DNA of 63,045 nt, counting the filler, from Lenisia limosa (taxonomy: Eukaryota > Protista > Breviatea): NCBI GenBank assembly GCA_001655205.1. It is 10 parts of 10 records of this genome, joined end to end, with 100 filler letters (N's around TTAATTAATTAA, not from the genome) between each part and the next. Parts side by side here need not be neighbours in the genome. Positions count along the whole stretch, not along the records: positions 47,746 to 50,555 come from LPNZ01008676.1; positions 50,656 to 53,385 come from LPNZ01006310.1; positions 53,486 to 57,426 come from LPNZ01004515.1; positions 57,527 to 58,826 come from LPNZ01011544.1; positions 58,927 to 61,325 come from LPNZ01007475.1; 5 more parts are not named here. One strand, 5' to 3'. Positions 47,746 through 59,700 of the stretch are shown here, one piece after another (the first letter of the stretch is position 1; each line of letters starts with the position of its first letter). The position numbers and the translations under genes were made by a program. The notes under the pieces are model-generated. The model made no database searches and was not told where the DNA came from. It saw only the letters and a list, made by a program, of their open reading frames with translations.

Positions 47746-50420
47746 CCTGCCAGGGTGTAGACGCTCTGGACCAATCTGTCGCCTCTCTTGAGACGAGCCA
47801 GCTGCCTCCGAGCCTCACGTTCCTTAGGGGTACCGAGGGAGCCGCCGTGACGATAGCTGGGTAATCAGAAGTAATCAGGCATATCATCTGATATGATATA
47901 AGCGTGAAACAGAAATATAGCAGCTTCCCCCCCCCCCCCAATNNNNNNNNNNNNNNNNNNNNNNNNNNNNNNNNNNNNNNNNNNNNNNNNNNNNNNNNNN
48001 NNNNNNNNNNNNNNNNNNNNNNNNNNNNNNNNNNNNNNNNNNNTGGTTGCCTTCGTCATCGACTTCAATTTCATTGTCCGAAGTCTCAATCTCCTCGTCT
48101 GAAGTGGTGAGAATGAGAATGGATGGGGAAACAAATATACACCAAGGACTATTCAACTATATAGACAGCAATTAACACAATTCAATACTCTCGCGATTGT
48201 ATGCCCCAATTGCCCCGTACCGAGCAACCACGGGTGCGAGAGGTCGGCAGGCGGAGGGGGCTGTGTCAGAACATCCTCCACCAGGGCCCAACCATGGTCC
48301 AAATGCTCGGCAAGCTTCTGTGTACGGTAAGTAGGGATTCCACATATGATATACTATAATACGATGATATTCTCACAATACAAAATGCACCTTACTTTGA
48401 TAGTTTCTTCAGGAACATCCGGTATGACTCCGGCAGTGTCCAATACTAGTAGATAAGTAAGGGGGGGGGGGGNNNNNNNNNNNNNNNNNNNNNNNNNNNN
48501 NNNNNNNNNNNNNNNNNNNNNNNNNNNNNNNNNNNNNNNNNNNNNNNNNNNNNNNNNNNNNNNNNNNNNNNNNNNNNNNNNNNNNNNNNNNNNNCGAAGA
48601 TAATAATGACTACATTTGAGTCCCACCTGCAGGATCCTCCATCGCTTCCTCAAGGCTTTCTGCAGCCATGCAGTCTTTTGACGTGTGTCTGCATGGTGAA
48701 TGTAAACCTCAATCCCCTCGCATGGCCGTTTGGTCACTTACCAATAATGCTCATTGTACTCACATAACAAACCAATCCACACTTCAAGCCCTCTTTCCTC
48801 AACACTGAGCCACTGAAGCTGAATTTGTGCTTTACTCCCCCCCCCCCCACTTGNNNNNNNNNNNNNNNNNNNNNNNNNNNNNNNNNNNNNNNNNNNNNNN
48901 NNNNNNNNNNNNNNNNNNNNNNNNNNNNNNNNNNNNNNNNNNNNNNNNNNNNNNNNNNNNNNNNNNNNNNNNNNNNNNNNNNNNNNNNNNNNNNNNNNNN
49001 NNNNNNNNNNNNNNNNNNNNNNNNNNNNNNNNNNNNNNNNNNNNNNNNNNNNNNNNNNNNNNNNNNNNNNNNNNNNNNNNNNNNNNNNNNNNNNNNNNNN
49101 NNNNNNNNNNNNNNNNNNNNNNNNNNNNNNNNNNNNNNNNNNNNNNNNNNNNNNNNNNNNNNNNNNNNNNNNNNNNNNNNNNNNNNAGACTATCAAGACG
49201 AACGTTGGCCGAGTTCTGAAGCTCCTTAGACAGCTGTAGACAAGGGCGCTACGAGGGCGTCAGAGCAATGGATATGGATGATGGTGTTCATACATAGCAA
49301 TGAGAAAAATAAAATAAAATAAGGTTGTATCTGGCCGAAGTCGTCCACATCATCGTTCATAGTGACAACGTTGTATTACGATGATAATGTCAGGGAATCT
49401 CGAAGACACATTCTTTTTCATACACCCCAAACCATGGCTTGAGGAGGCAAGTCATCAACAATTTGGTTCTTGACGGGCAATGTGATGCGCGGACAGAGGA
49501 ACCGAAGGAACACCAGGCCAACAAGGGGGATGAGAGCAGGGTCCTCGACATGGGGGGAGCCGTTGGAAGCTGTGAAGGGTCAGAGGGGTGAGTGATCTTT
49601 TGATCTATTTTGCTTTGTGTTCCCTCAAATTTTACGAATAATAAAAACGGAGCTACTACAAAATCAGACCCTCCACCCACGGGTCCAGTTCTCCCTTGCT
49701 GCCGCGGCGACTTCTTTGATGACCGCCGCCATGCATTCCGGCATGGGGGGGCTGGAGGTGATCGCTGACACAAGGTCGTTGAGATGCTTCTGATGCTTCC
49801 TGGGGAGTGGGGTGAATGGCCAATAAGAATAAAATAATAATAGTGATAATGAAAATTTTTTTAAAAAAAATTCAGCAAATACACATATTACTATGTATTT
49901 AAAAACAAGAATTTGAATAAAGTCTTGATTCAAATCTTACAGATTACTTCATATTTATTGGTACCATGTATCCTAATATGTCAATGCCTATAATTCCCCC
50001 ACTTCTCAGCCTTGCCCGGTTTGTCCGCGATATCTTGGACCACTCCGGAGAGAACTTCCTTTGCCCACTCCCTGGCCTCCTCTCGCTGGCATATCTGGGG
50101 GGGGGGGGGGNNNNNNNNNNNNNNNNNNNNNNNNNNNNNNNNNNNNNNNNNNNNNNNNNNNNNNNNNNNNNNNNNNNNNNNNNNNNNNNNNNNNNNNNNN
50201 NNNNNNNNCAACCCTGTTGGCTGAAAACACACGATGACAACAAAACAAACAAAGTCCAGGCATCCACTCGAAATCAATGATAAACCAAGCCTAAATCGGA
50301 AACGTATGAAATAAAACAATAAGGTGTAAGGATCCAAGACATAGACCCCCACCTGTTGCCATAAGGCGGTGGCCGTACTGTCTGTTCTAAATGCTTGGTT
50401 GTATGACTCCTCGGGGCTTC
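47746..50420 (-). CDS. Divergent RasGAP-domain protein (fragment; not recognisable from the ORF track)
   Basis: Ordered exons AFRTDSTATALW (arginine-finger FR.NS-like), EWAKEVLSGVVQDI, HLNDLVSAITSSPPMPECMAAVIKEVAAAARENW, LVGLVFLRFLCPRITLP (FLR.CPAI signature) and RPCLQLSKELQNSAN. Downstream exons to about 47750 are tentatively linked. Confidence 0.8.
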
Positions 50421-51231
50421 CTAATATGGTAAGTGGTAAAATACAATATATATGGAGAGGAGAAATAAAAGGATCGCTGAAGTCGTCCACACCATCACGG
50501 TTATAACAAGAGATATTCGATTCCAGCTCAAGTGGTATATAAGTATGTTTTACCANNNNNNNNNNNNNNNNNNNNNNNNNNNNNNNNNNNNNNNNNNNNT
50601 TAATTAATTAANNNNNNNNNNNNNNNNNNNNNNNNNNNNNNNNNNNNNNNNNNNNCAATATCCTTACACTATCATAGTCGAAGAAGAAAGGAAGTGATAG
50701 GTTTCAACAGAGAAAAAAATAATCCATCTCTTAACTTTCATACAAGACACAAAACATGTTTCAAAATCAATGTTTGAACTAACAACACGTTATCAGTTGC
50801 AAAACCTCAATAACTAGTGGAATGAAATAACCTTTCAAAAATTTAATTTTTTAGCGCCACGATCACAGGTTTTTTTTTTGACAGTTTATGCTCGCATTTT
50901 TCTCATACGTCCTTTTTTACGAGAGTTGTTGTGAAGTTGANNNNNNNNNNNNNNNNNNNNNNNNNNNNNNNNNNNNNNNNNNNNNNNNNNNNNNNNNNNN
51001 NNNNNNNNNNCTCAGAAAATGGAATGAACTACAATAATTCGAATTAACGACATAGTTTAGGACCTCGAGCATATATAGCTATACATGAATACCATATAGT
51101 TTTTTTTTTCTTCATTTGAACCTACACCCTCATTTCAATAGTGCCCATCTCTAATGAGCCCTATTAATAGAATTATCCTGCTCATTGCACACGGCATATC
51201 ACCCAGCTTTTCCTCTGTTTCTTGCCCTGAG

Positions 51232-51748
51232 TGACCAAGCAGGCTATGCTGCCCACCTACTACCGTGTCACCGCTGAAGTCATAATCAAGGTGGGAATGG
51301 AGGGGATAGAATGGATCTATTTGTTATCAAGTTTACTCCAACGTCCCGCCATCAATCTTAAAATACCCCCCAAATGTATTAAAGAAATAATATATTATAT
51401 ACTACACGTAGTATATACATGTATATATGTGTATATACTATATATATATATATCACTCTATGGCTTCAGTTTATTAACTGCAGAAAATCGGAAAACAATA
51501 CACTTCTGCATTTAGTGAACTTTGGTTTTTCTACTTCATATTATTTCTCATGCTATATTCAGTATATACTATACTATATCATTTCATATATTCTATTTTA
51601 CTAAGCTATAAATAACCCGTGTATATCTCCCCCTATCTACCTATAACCATGCAGGGCATCCGGTGTGCGGTTCAGGCCCCGGGCTGCACCATGCTATTCG
51701 AGACCGGCGGCATGACGATGATGACGTGGCCATGCAAGAAGGCTGAGG
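51232..51748 (+). CDS. Two putative exons of an unidentified protein
   Basis: TKQAMLPTYYRVTAEVIIK|GTGGG ... GCAG|GIRCAVQAPGCTMLFETGGMTMMTWPCKKAE|GT; phase compatible. Confidence 0.4.
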
Positions 51749-52696
51749 TGCGAGGGGTATAACGATGATCCATATCTTTTTAAAAAACAAAACAAAAGAA
51801 ATAACATAAGAGATCTAGGGAAACAAGTTAATCATAGGTATGGATACCACCGGCAGGTTTGATTTGGTTTTGTTTTGAATAAAAAAATATGATAACTACA
51901 GAAATATGATAACTACACCACCACCCCTCCCCCCCATACGCGGTACTGCAGAANNNNNNNNNNNNNNNNNNNNNNNNNNNNNNNNNNNNNNNNNNNNNNN
52001 NNNNNNNNNNNNNNNNNNNNNNNNNNNNNNNNNNNNNNNNNNNNNNNNNNNNNNNATCCCTCGACTTTTTCTTCGTCACTCTACCGCTTACTCCTTCTTC
52101 TCATCCTCCCTTTCTTTCCTAATTGACATTTAGGCTGGATTCTAGTTCAATCTATGACCTGTAGGTTGATTCAAATGAAGGGTTTATATTGACATGCGTT
52201 GACAAGATATAATTTCAAATTACAACTTGTCTGGACTAGGAACGAATTCCTCTCAGGTTAGTGGATTAACGGAAACGTTTATCCATTCCCAAGGTCCAAT
52301 CCTGTGGGTGGGTGGGTGAAATTTCTTGTTTCAAATTTGAGGGGAATTCAATTATTGTCTTCACTTTTAGAGCAAGTGAACTGAACCCGTTCTGGAAAGT
52401 TCGTTTTCCGGAGTATCTATTGATCCAAATTCAACCGCCTAATTAAATTGGTCTGCTAGTTATTTTATTCTGAACACCTGTCCCAATGGGTGAAGTTCCA
52501 GTAGGTTTCCCGTTCCTTTTAACCCTCCAGATTGGTCTTTCTGAGCAGTGTGATTTCAAGTAGCTGGACTCGTCTCTCATTCTCTCCTTTATTCTCTCCC
52601 TCTCCCTCCCCCCTTTTTTTTATTTTTTTCAATGTCATGGATAAAACGGATTTAATCTCCCTCCGGTTTCTAAATATATCTTTACTTCCCCCCAGT

Positions 52697-53385
52697 TGCT
52701 CTACATTCCCGACCACATCCCCCGCAAGACACACATTCGAACTTCGAGTAACGTTACAGTCAACTCCACTACGTCCAGTGCTGTAGGGGGGTAACTGAAG
52801 GACATTTCGATGAAAGTCACATCACATCTGATATTTATACGCACCTTTCACCCTCCGCCTCCTCAGGACCTGTCATATCTCAACCCAAAGAGGAAGCTGT
52901 CAGGGTCCACGGAGCCTTCTGTGACTGTACCGTCCTCGGTTTCTGCGAGTAAAGGTACGAGGAAAATTAGGACTCTAGAGAAATTTACTGTGATAACCAC
53001 TATACCAGCATATTGCGCTTTTCACAGTGATGGGGATGCGGTGCTGNNNNNNNNNNNNNNNNNNNNNNNNNNNNNNNNNNNNNNNNNNNNNNNNNNNNNN
53101 NNNNNNNNNNNNNNNNNNNNNNNNNNNNNNNNNNNNNNNNNNNNNNNNNNNNNNNNNNNNNNNNNNNNNNNNNNNNNNNNNNNNNNNNNNNNNNNNNNNN
53201 NNNNNNNNNNNNNNNNNNNNNNNNNNNNNNNNNNNNNNNNNNNNNNNNNNNNNNTAAAGGTATAATGGACTCTCCTTCGTTTTCTTTCTTATTTCTCCTA
53301 CATATAACCTCCCAGGAACAGCCACGCGGCCGAAGCCACGCCCAATGGTTATTCGAGCCTCAGCATTGCCCCTCCTGCAGGCTGC
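52697..53385 (+). CDS. Putative exons of an unidentified Ser/Thr-rich protein
   Basis: CCCCAG|LLYIPDHIPRKTH...SSA|GT, CAG|DLSYLNPKRKLSGSTEPS...SKG|GT, CAG|TATRPKPRPMVIRA...; no family recognised. Confidence 0.35.
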
Positions 53386-56029
53386 NNNNNNNNNNNNNNN
53401 NNNNNNNNNNNNNNNNNNNNNNNNNNNNNTTAATTAATTAANNNNNNNNNNNNNNNNNNNNNNNNNNNNNNNNNNNNNNNNNNNNTATTAATACAGGATT
53501 AATATAGTATGTATGGGATGTGGTGATATCATATCAGATATACAATGTGTAATTATTACGCTCCTCCCCCCACTCCCCCAAACAGTTCATTTTGGGGGTT
53601 TTTTTCTCACAAGTTTTCTATTTTAAGCTCTCCTTGTTTTATACACACACCCACACACCACACCGTCATGTACTCTGCCTTTTTCATTTATTATTTCATA
53701 CAGTTTCCAATTTGCCCCCGCCCCCCACCGCCGATGCGGTGCTGCAGAAGCGACTGNNNNNNNNNNNNNNNNNNNNNNNNNNNNNNNNNNNNNNNNNNNN
53801 NNNNNNNNNNNNNNNNNNNNNNNNNNNNNNNNNNNNNNNNNNNNNNNNNNNNNNNNNNNNNNNNNNNNNNNNNNNNNNNNNNNNNNNNNNNNNNNNNNNN
53901 NNNNNNNNNNNNNNNNNNNNNNNNNNNNNNNNNNNNNNNNNNNNNNNNNNNNNNNNNNNNNNNNNNNNNNNNNNNNNNNNNNNNNNNNNNNNNNNNNNNN
54001 NNNNNNNNNNNNNCCATGCTGTTAATAAGGTATGTTAACCCGTAACCTTGTGACCATATCTGATATGCTTTTTAGAGGTACATGGACGAGCAGATTGCTC
54101 TCAAGGTAAAAGAGATGACGTCCTGCAGTGCGCCAACTGTCATCAGAATGGTGGGGGAGGGGGGCACCAGTTTACCTCACAACCTGAGATCATATCCCCA
54201 CCCCCACCTCCTCTCAGTTTGCTTTTTTGTTTGTTTGTTTGGAGTTTNNNNNNNNNNNNNNNNNNNNNNNNNNNNNNNNNNNNNNNNNNNNNNNNNNNNN
54301 NNNNNNNNNNNNNNNNNNNNNNNNNNNNNNNNNNNNNNNNNNNNNNNNNNNNNNNNNNNNNNNNNNNNNNNNNNNNNNNNNNNNNNNNNNNNNNNNNNNN
54401 NNNNNNNNNNNNNNNNNNNNNNNNNNNNNNNNNNNNNNNNNNNNNNNNNNNNNNNNNNNNNNNNNNNNNNNNNNNNNNACCTTGATGCAAAGCCCTTCGT
54501 GTTTGTGGGGATATAGAGCCGCTTCTTGTATGCTCGGCTTTATCTATGATTTACTGGGGAATTCTGTGATATGGGAAATGAAAACATTTGATGCTGGGCT
54601 TCACTTCGGTTCGGAGAAATTCTGTCTTTTTTTGAACCGAAGTGAAGCTCTAATTTGATGGGATTACCAAATATAACTGAGCCAATGCAAACCCCCACTC
54701 TACATACATGTACATAATATAACATTTGGATGACTCCACACACACGCAGCCAATATAGTTGATTGTTGGGCTTGTTTTGTTTCACAAATTGTCCAGTTTT
54801 ACTTCTCACACCCCCAGGTATATTACTCCAGTTCTGGCGTCCAAGGAGGTCAAAACCAACATTATGCATCTCAACTCCACCCATGCCGTTTTGAGGACTC
54901 GTGATAGCGCAAATGTGAGATCTTTGTTTGATTTTATTTTTTGTAAACAAGATCTATAAAAACGGAAATATTGGATATGAGGGATCTAAAATTGTATTTT
55001 GGGATCTGAAAAAGCTCAACTGTAAGATCACTTTTTTGATTACTTTTTTTGAATCAAGAAATAATATAATACGCTACATTAAAAATTGGGATCTAAAATA
55101 TCGCGAATAAATTACTGTGACTTTTGATAGCACAAATGAGAGATCACTGTGATCTGAAATTGTCAACACTCATCAAACGCTTCAGGTGTTGACTGTCCCC
55201 GAACGCTTTGACATTTTGGTGGTTCCCAAGCAGCCCACTTTTTGCCTTGATATTTCGGTAAGTTAACCTCAGTTCAGTTCATTTTCAATTCAGCTCATTT
55301 TCCCTTTGTTTTCAATTCAGTTCATTTTCCCTTTGTTTTCAGTTATTTTTCTGTTCAGTTCAGTTTTGGTTCAGTTTTGTTTGGTTAAATTCATCAAAAT
55401 GTTTTTTTTTGTCACTTCGTAGGTTGCAGAAACCCCTCAAAGCACCTCGTTGGAAGATGTCGGTATTTGGGGTGCATATATAGTTATAATATATGCACAT
55501 GGAAAATAACTTTTTTGTTTTCTGGCCGAATCGGTTCCCATCACGATTTTTAGAGATAAATTTCACTATCTACCCCCCCACCCCCGTCTTTGCTCATTGA
55601 TCACCCTTCACATCTAGTTTTCCTTATATGATCAGNNNNNNNNNNNNNNNNNNNNNNNNNNNNNNNNNNNNNNNNNNNNNNNNNNNNNNNNNNNNNNNNN
55701 NNNNNNNNNNNNNTTTTCTTTCTTTTTTTTTCTTTTTTTTTTTAGAATACCTGGTATATTCCACATTATAGATATTACGCAGCTTACTTGCTCTCTGATC
55801 ACCCTTCACGTCTACATAGCATTCTATACATCTTAATTCCCTTTATAGCCGGGGCATTCCCCATAGCATTTGCGACGGATGTAGAATGCTTGACTACTTT
55901 TGTGGCAACTTCAGAGACATGTACTCAGGGAATGGTGAGGGGGGGGGGGCTGAATTTTTTACCTAATTTCCCTAAATCTCCCTAATTTTCTTATATTTCA
56001 TTAAAACATCTCGGACAAAATGACTTTTT

Positions 56030-56300
56030 ACCCACTCCCAACAGAGCCGAATTGTTGCCCACCCGAATTCCACGCATTTCACAATCGAAGCGTATGAATG
56101 GGGCGGTTGAGGATTCGACCCATATCCACTGGTGTTGAGGATACGACCCGCATCCACTAGTGTTGGACTTTTTCGATTCGAAATGTTAACCTGAGATAAC
56201 ACGAGGGTTCATCCCGAGTGTATCAGAGTATCATTGAGACTTGGATATGAGGTATCATATCACTGCGTGAAAAAAAAAGTGATTTGAATTTAAACTTGTG
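56030..56300 (+). repeat. Decayed coding-like repeat also present in pieces around the EXD2-like gene
   Basis: ACGAGGGTTCATCC...GTATCAGAGTATCATTGAGA is shared with 38940-38980; GGATATGAGGTATCATATCACTGC is shared with 37345-37380. Confidence 0.65.
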
Positions 56301-59300
56301 GAAATGATTTGGTGAATATTCCCATTCTGGGCTCGAATTTCAAGACATCTTCTAGTATGTTGATTCTCATCTTTTTCATCGATATTGCTTTCAAGTTCAC
56401 CCCTTTCAGATTTGCTAATACTTGTTCCGGCTACACCACAACAATGTGCTTCAACCCGGGATTGTTCTGGGACTCTGCCGTTATTGTTGCACCAGTGGGG
56501 GGGTCAGAGTCTATGTGGGGTCAGAGTCTATGTCCTGGTATAATAGAAATTGTAACATAATAAAAAAAGTCCAGGCCAGTCATCCCATCTCTGCAATTTT
56601 TCTGATACCAAAAAACACCATAATTAACTCTATAGATGTGGGAATGATTTTGATTATTTCTTGTGATTCATGTTGGCTCTCAAAAGTTATTATTTATAAA
56701 TCGAATATGTAAGTGTCAGCCGGAGAGTTGCCACTACCCGGCCCGTGGTTGCTTTATGGTTGTTTGTGTAGGTGTTGGAGGGAGAACTGTTACGTTACGG
56801 TAGTTGTACGATATCTGAAATATATATCATGTCCCTTTCCCCCCCAAAAAACGAGGACCAAGAAGGTAGCTAGGGCCCTGAGTAGACTAGAGTGCTGGTA
56901 GGATAGCAATTGCGGTAACTCCGCAGTCCACATAAGGATGTATCGAGGATTTATCGAAGATTTATGAGGCTTAATGATGATTTATCGAGAATTTATCGAG
57001 GGTTTATCGAGGTTTTAGTCCTTTTTCAACTTGGATTGACACTATTCACCTCTTTCAGACAGGCGGTGTGAATATAAATTTCGCCTCTTCAGCAACAGCC
57101 AACACTCCTGCTGTCTTTATACAGGTAAGAGAGCAAAATAAACTGAAAAATTGGGGTGTGGGGGTGATAATATGTATGATGCTGCGAGGTAGCAGAAAGC
57201 ATGATGTGGAGGGTGTGGAATAGTTTCTGGCATCCCTATGTATTTATTTGTTTCCCCTGATTTCTAATGTATATTATTTCTCGTTCCAAAAAATAGTCGA
57301 AAAGGCTTCCCTCAGGCCCCTTATTGACAGGGAAAAAAATGTCATTGACTCAAACATATTACCATCCTTCCAAAATGCACCGTCCTGACATTTTAGGCCT
57401 ACGAGTTTGGTGAAAGTGGCGGATGGNNNNNNNNNNNNNNNNNNNNNNNNNNNNNNNNNNNNNNNNNNNNTTAATTAATTAANNNNNNNNNNNNNNNNNN
57501 NNNNNNNNNNNNNNNNNNNNNNNNNNTTCTTATTATTTCTATTTTCCATTTCTGAGTCAAAAGTACGATAACGTTTTTTGTTGGAAGGACCTGTGATGGG
57601 TCCAAAATCAAAACGGACACGATACCCAAAACTAACACTGATTTGGCACATCAGATAATATGACTATGAAGTATAGGTGGGGGGACATGACCGTGTCCAC
57701 TTTTTTTTGTTTTCTTCAAAAAAACACTGATTCAATAAAAAATGTTGCGAAGGGGAAAGCAGTAACTCTCAGTGTATAAAACATCACAAGCTGTATTTTT
57801 CAGAAAGGTTCTAATATTACAAACATCAAAGCTCATAAAAGCAATCGAAAAATGTAGACACTCAGAATGAGATTTTCTTCTTAAAGTAAGACATAAAACT
57901 AAATGACAAACTTCTATTTCCTATTTTTCTTCACAGGGCGCTTTTTCGAAGTCTTGGCCTTCCCCTTTCCTGAAAAGTCATTCCAATTTTGCACAATATT
58001 TAAAAACCTTTTCTTGCTTCTGCATGTTTTCTCAAGTGAACAATATACAACAAAGATCCCCATTATTATTCCCGCTGTTCCAAAGATCTTGGCTTTCATA
58101 TTGTTTTCTTGGGATTTCATCAATAAATCAAAAAAAGTAAGAACCTACGCAGCATACCTGACTCAAACATCACAAGTGTGAGTGGAATGGGGACGAGATG
58201 AGTGAAATGGAAAAATCCAAAAGGTTCTTCTCTGACAGCAGCCAAACAGTGTTTTGGTTGGAGGGATCTGGCGCTGGGGAATGGAAATGGAGCAAGAATA
58301 TTGAGCAAAGGAGCTATATAGAGAGGAAGGAACAATCTGGGAACAATATATGGATAAAATGGAAAAACGGAACAATAGAGGGATAACAGGCAGACACAGG
58401 AGGACGTACCCGTTTAAGAATTGATCTAGAATATTCGATCGGGTTTTTTAGACTGTGAAACCATCTTTCATCTATTGTATAAATACACAAGTTCACAGTC
58501 TAAATAGGTGCTCTGTTCTTTTAAATCGTCAAATATATGGGTGTAACTCGGACAGTCGAGCTCCTCCCTGTCGCTAAGGAGAGGGACGTCCAAGATGACC
58601 CTATCCCACTTCCTGTGGCAAGTAAGAAGGGTATCGGTACTAAATTTGGAACTTAACTTACCGATCACTCCATCACCTCCTTCAGCTGCCCAGTTAAAAG
58701 AAGACATTGCTGCCAACCAGGCTCCCATTGTGCCAAAAGATAGTTTGAGGACAACTGATATTTATCCCCGTGTGCCCTCCCTCCTTCCCATCCACCTTCG
58801 GATGGTTCCACTGAGATTCTTTTCTANNNNNNNNNNNNNNNNNNNNNNNNNNNNNNNNNNNNNNNNNNNNTTAATTAATTAANNNNNNNNNNNNNNNNNN
58901 NNNNNNNNNNNNNNNNNNNNNNNNNNGAGATTATATGGTGGTGGGAGGGTTAAGCACAACTATATAGAATGTATGTGGGGGTATAAAGTATGAGGGGTGT
59001 GCGATATCCTGATGCGGCCGCGCGTGATTGACGCCCTTGTACTGAGCCGTGCGACACTGAAGTGAATGGTTATTTCTTTCAAAACATTGACCCTCCGTTT
59101 TCGTGGATTTATCGAGAAATTCAGTCATTTTTTGAGCAGAAGTGAAGCCCTGCTCCCCTCTTTCTTTTTACCGCCCTCCTCTCCCCGTTTTTTGATTTTG
59201 GTTTGTTTGTTTCATAATTTCCCATTACCACAGCATCATCTGTGGACTATATCAAGATAATCAAGGGCTTGCCTAAGGTTTCCGCTCTTCACGAGACCCT

Positions 59301-59700
59301 CCCCGAAGTCCAAGTTGGAGGGGAATACGCAATAGTATAATGGGTGTGTTGAGGCGTGCAGAAAGTTGTCTTACAACAACTCTGTGTGCACAGAGTTGTT
59401 GTAAGACAAATGATTGGGTGAATTAATATTATATTATAATAATCTTTTATGAACGTGATGGTGTGGACGGCTTCCACCAGATACAACTTTGTTTTTTATT
59501 TCTCATTGCTATGTATAATACGATTTGTGATATGTTTCAAGCATTCACCCCCCCCCCCNNNNNNNNNNNNNNNNNNNNNNNNNNNNNNNNNNNNNNNNNN
59601 NNNNNNNNNNNNNNNNNNNNNNNNNNNGTATTGTCGACCAACAGGCTTGATTTTGGGCTTTTTTTGTGTCATAATTTTGATAACCCCCCACCACCCCCAG

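Noticed and set aside
3920-54658. Many long X-rich ORFs in the track
   Set aside because: They are open only because N runs contain no stops.
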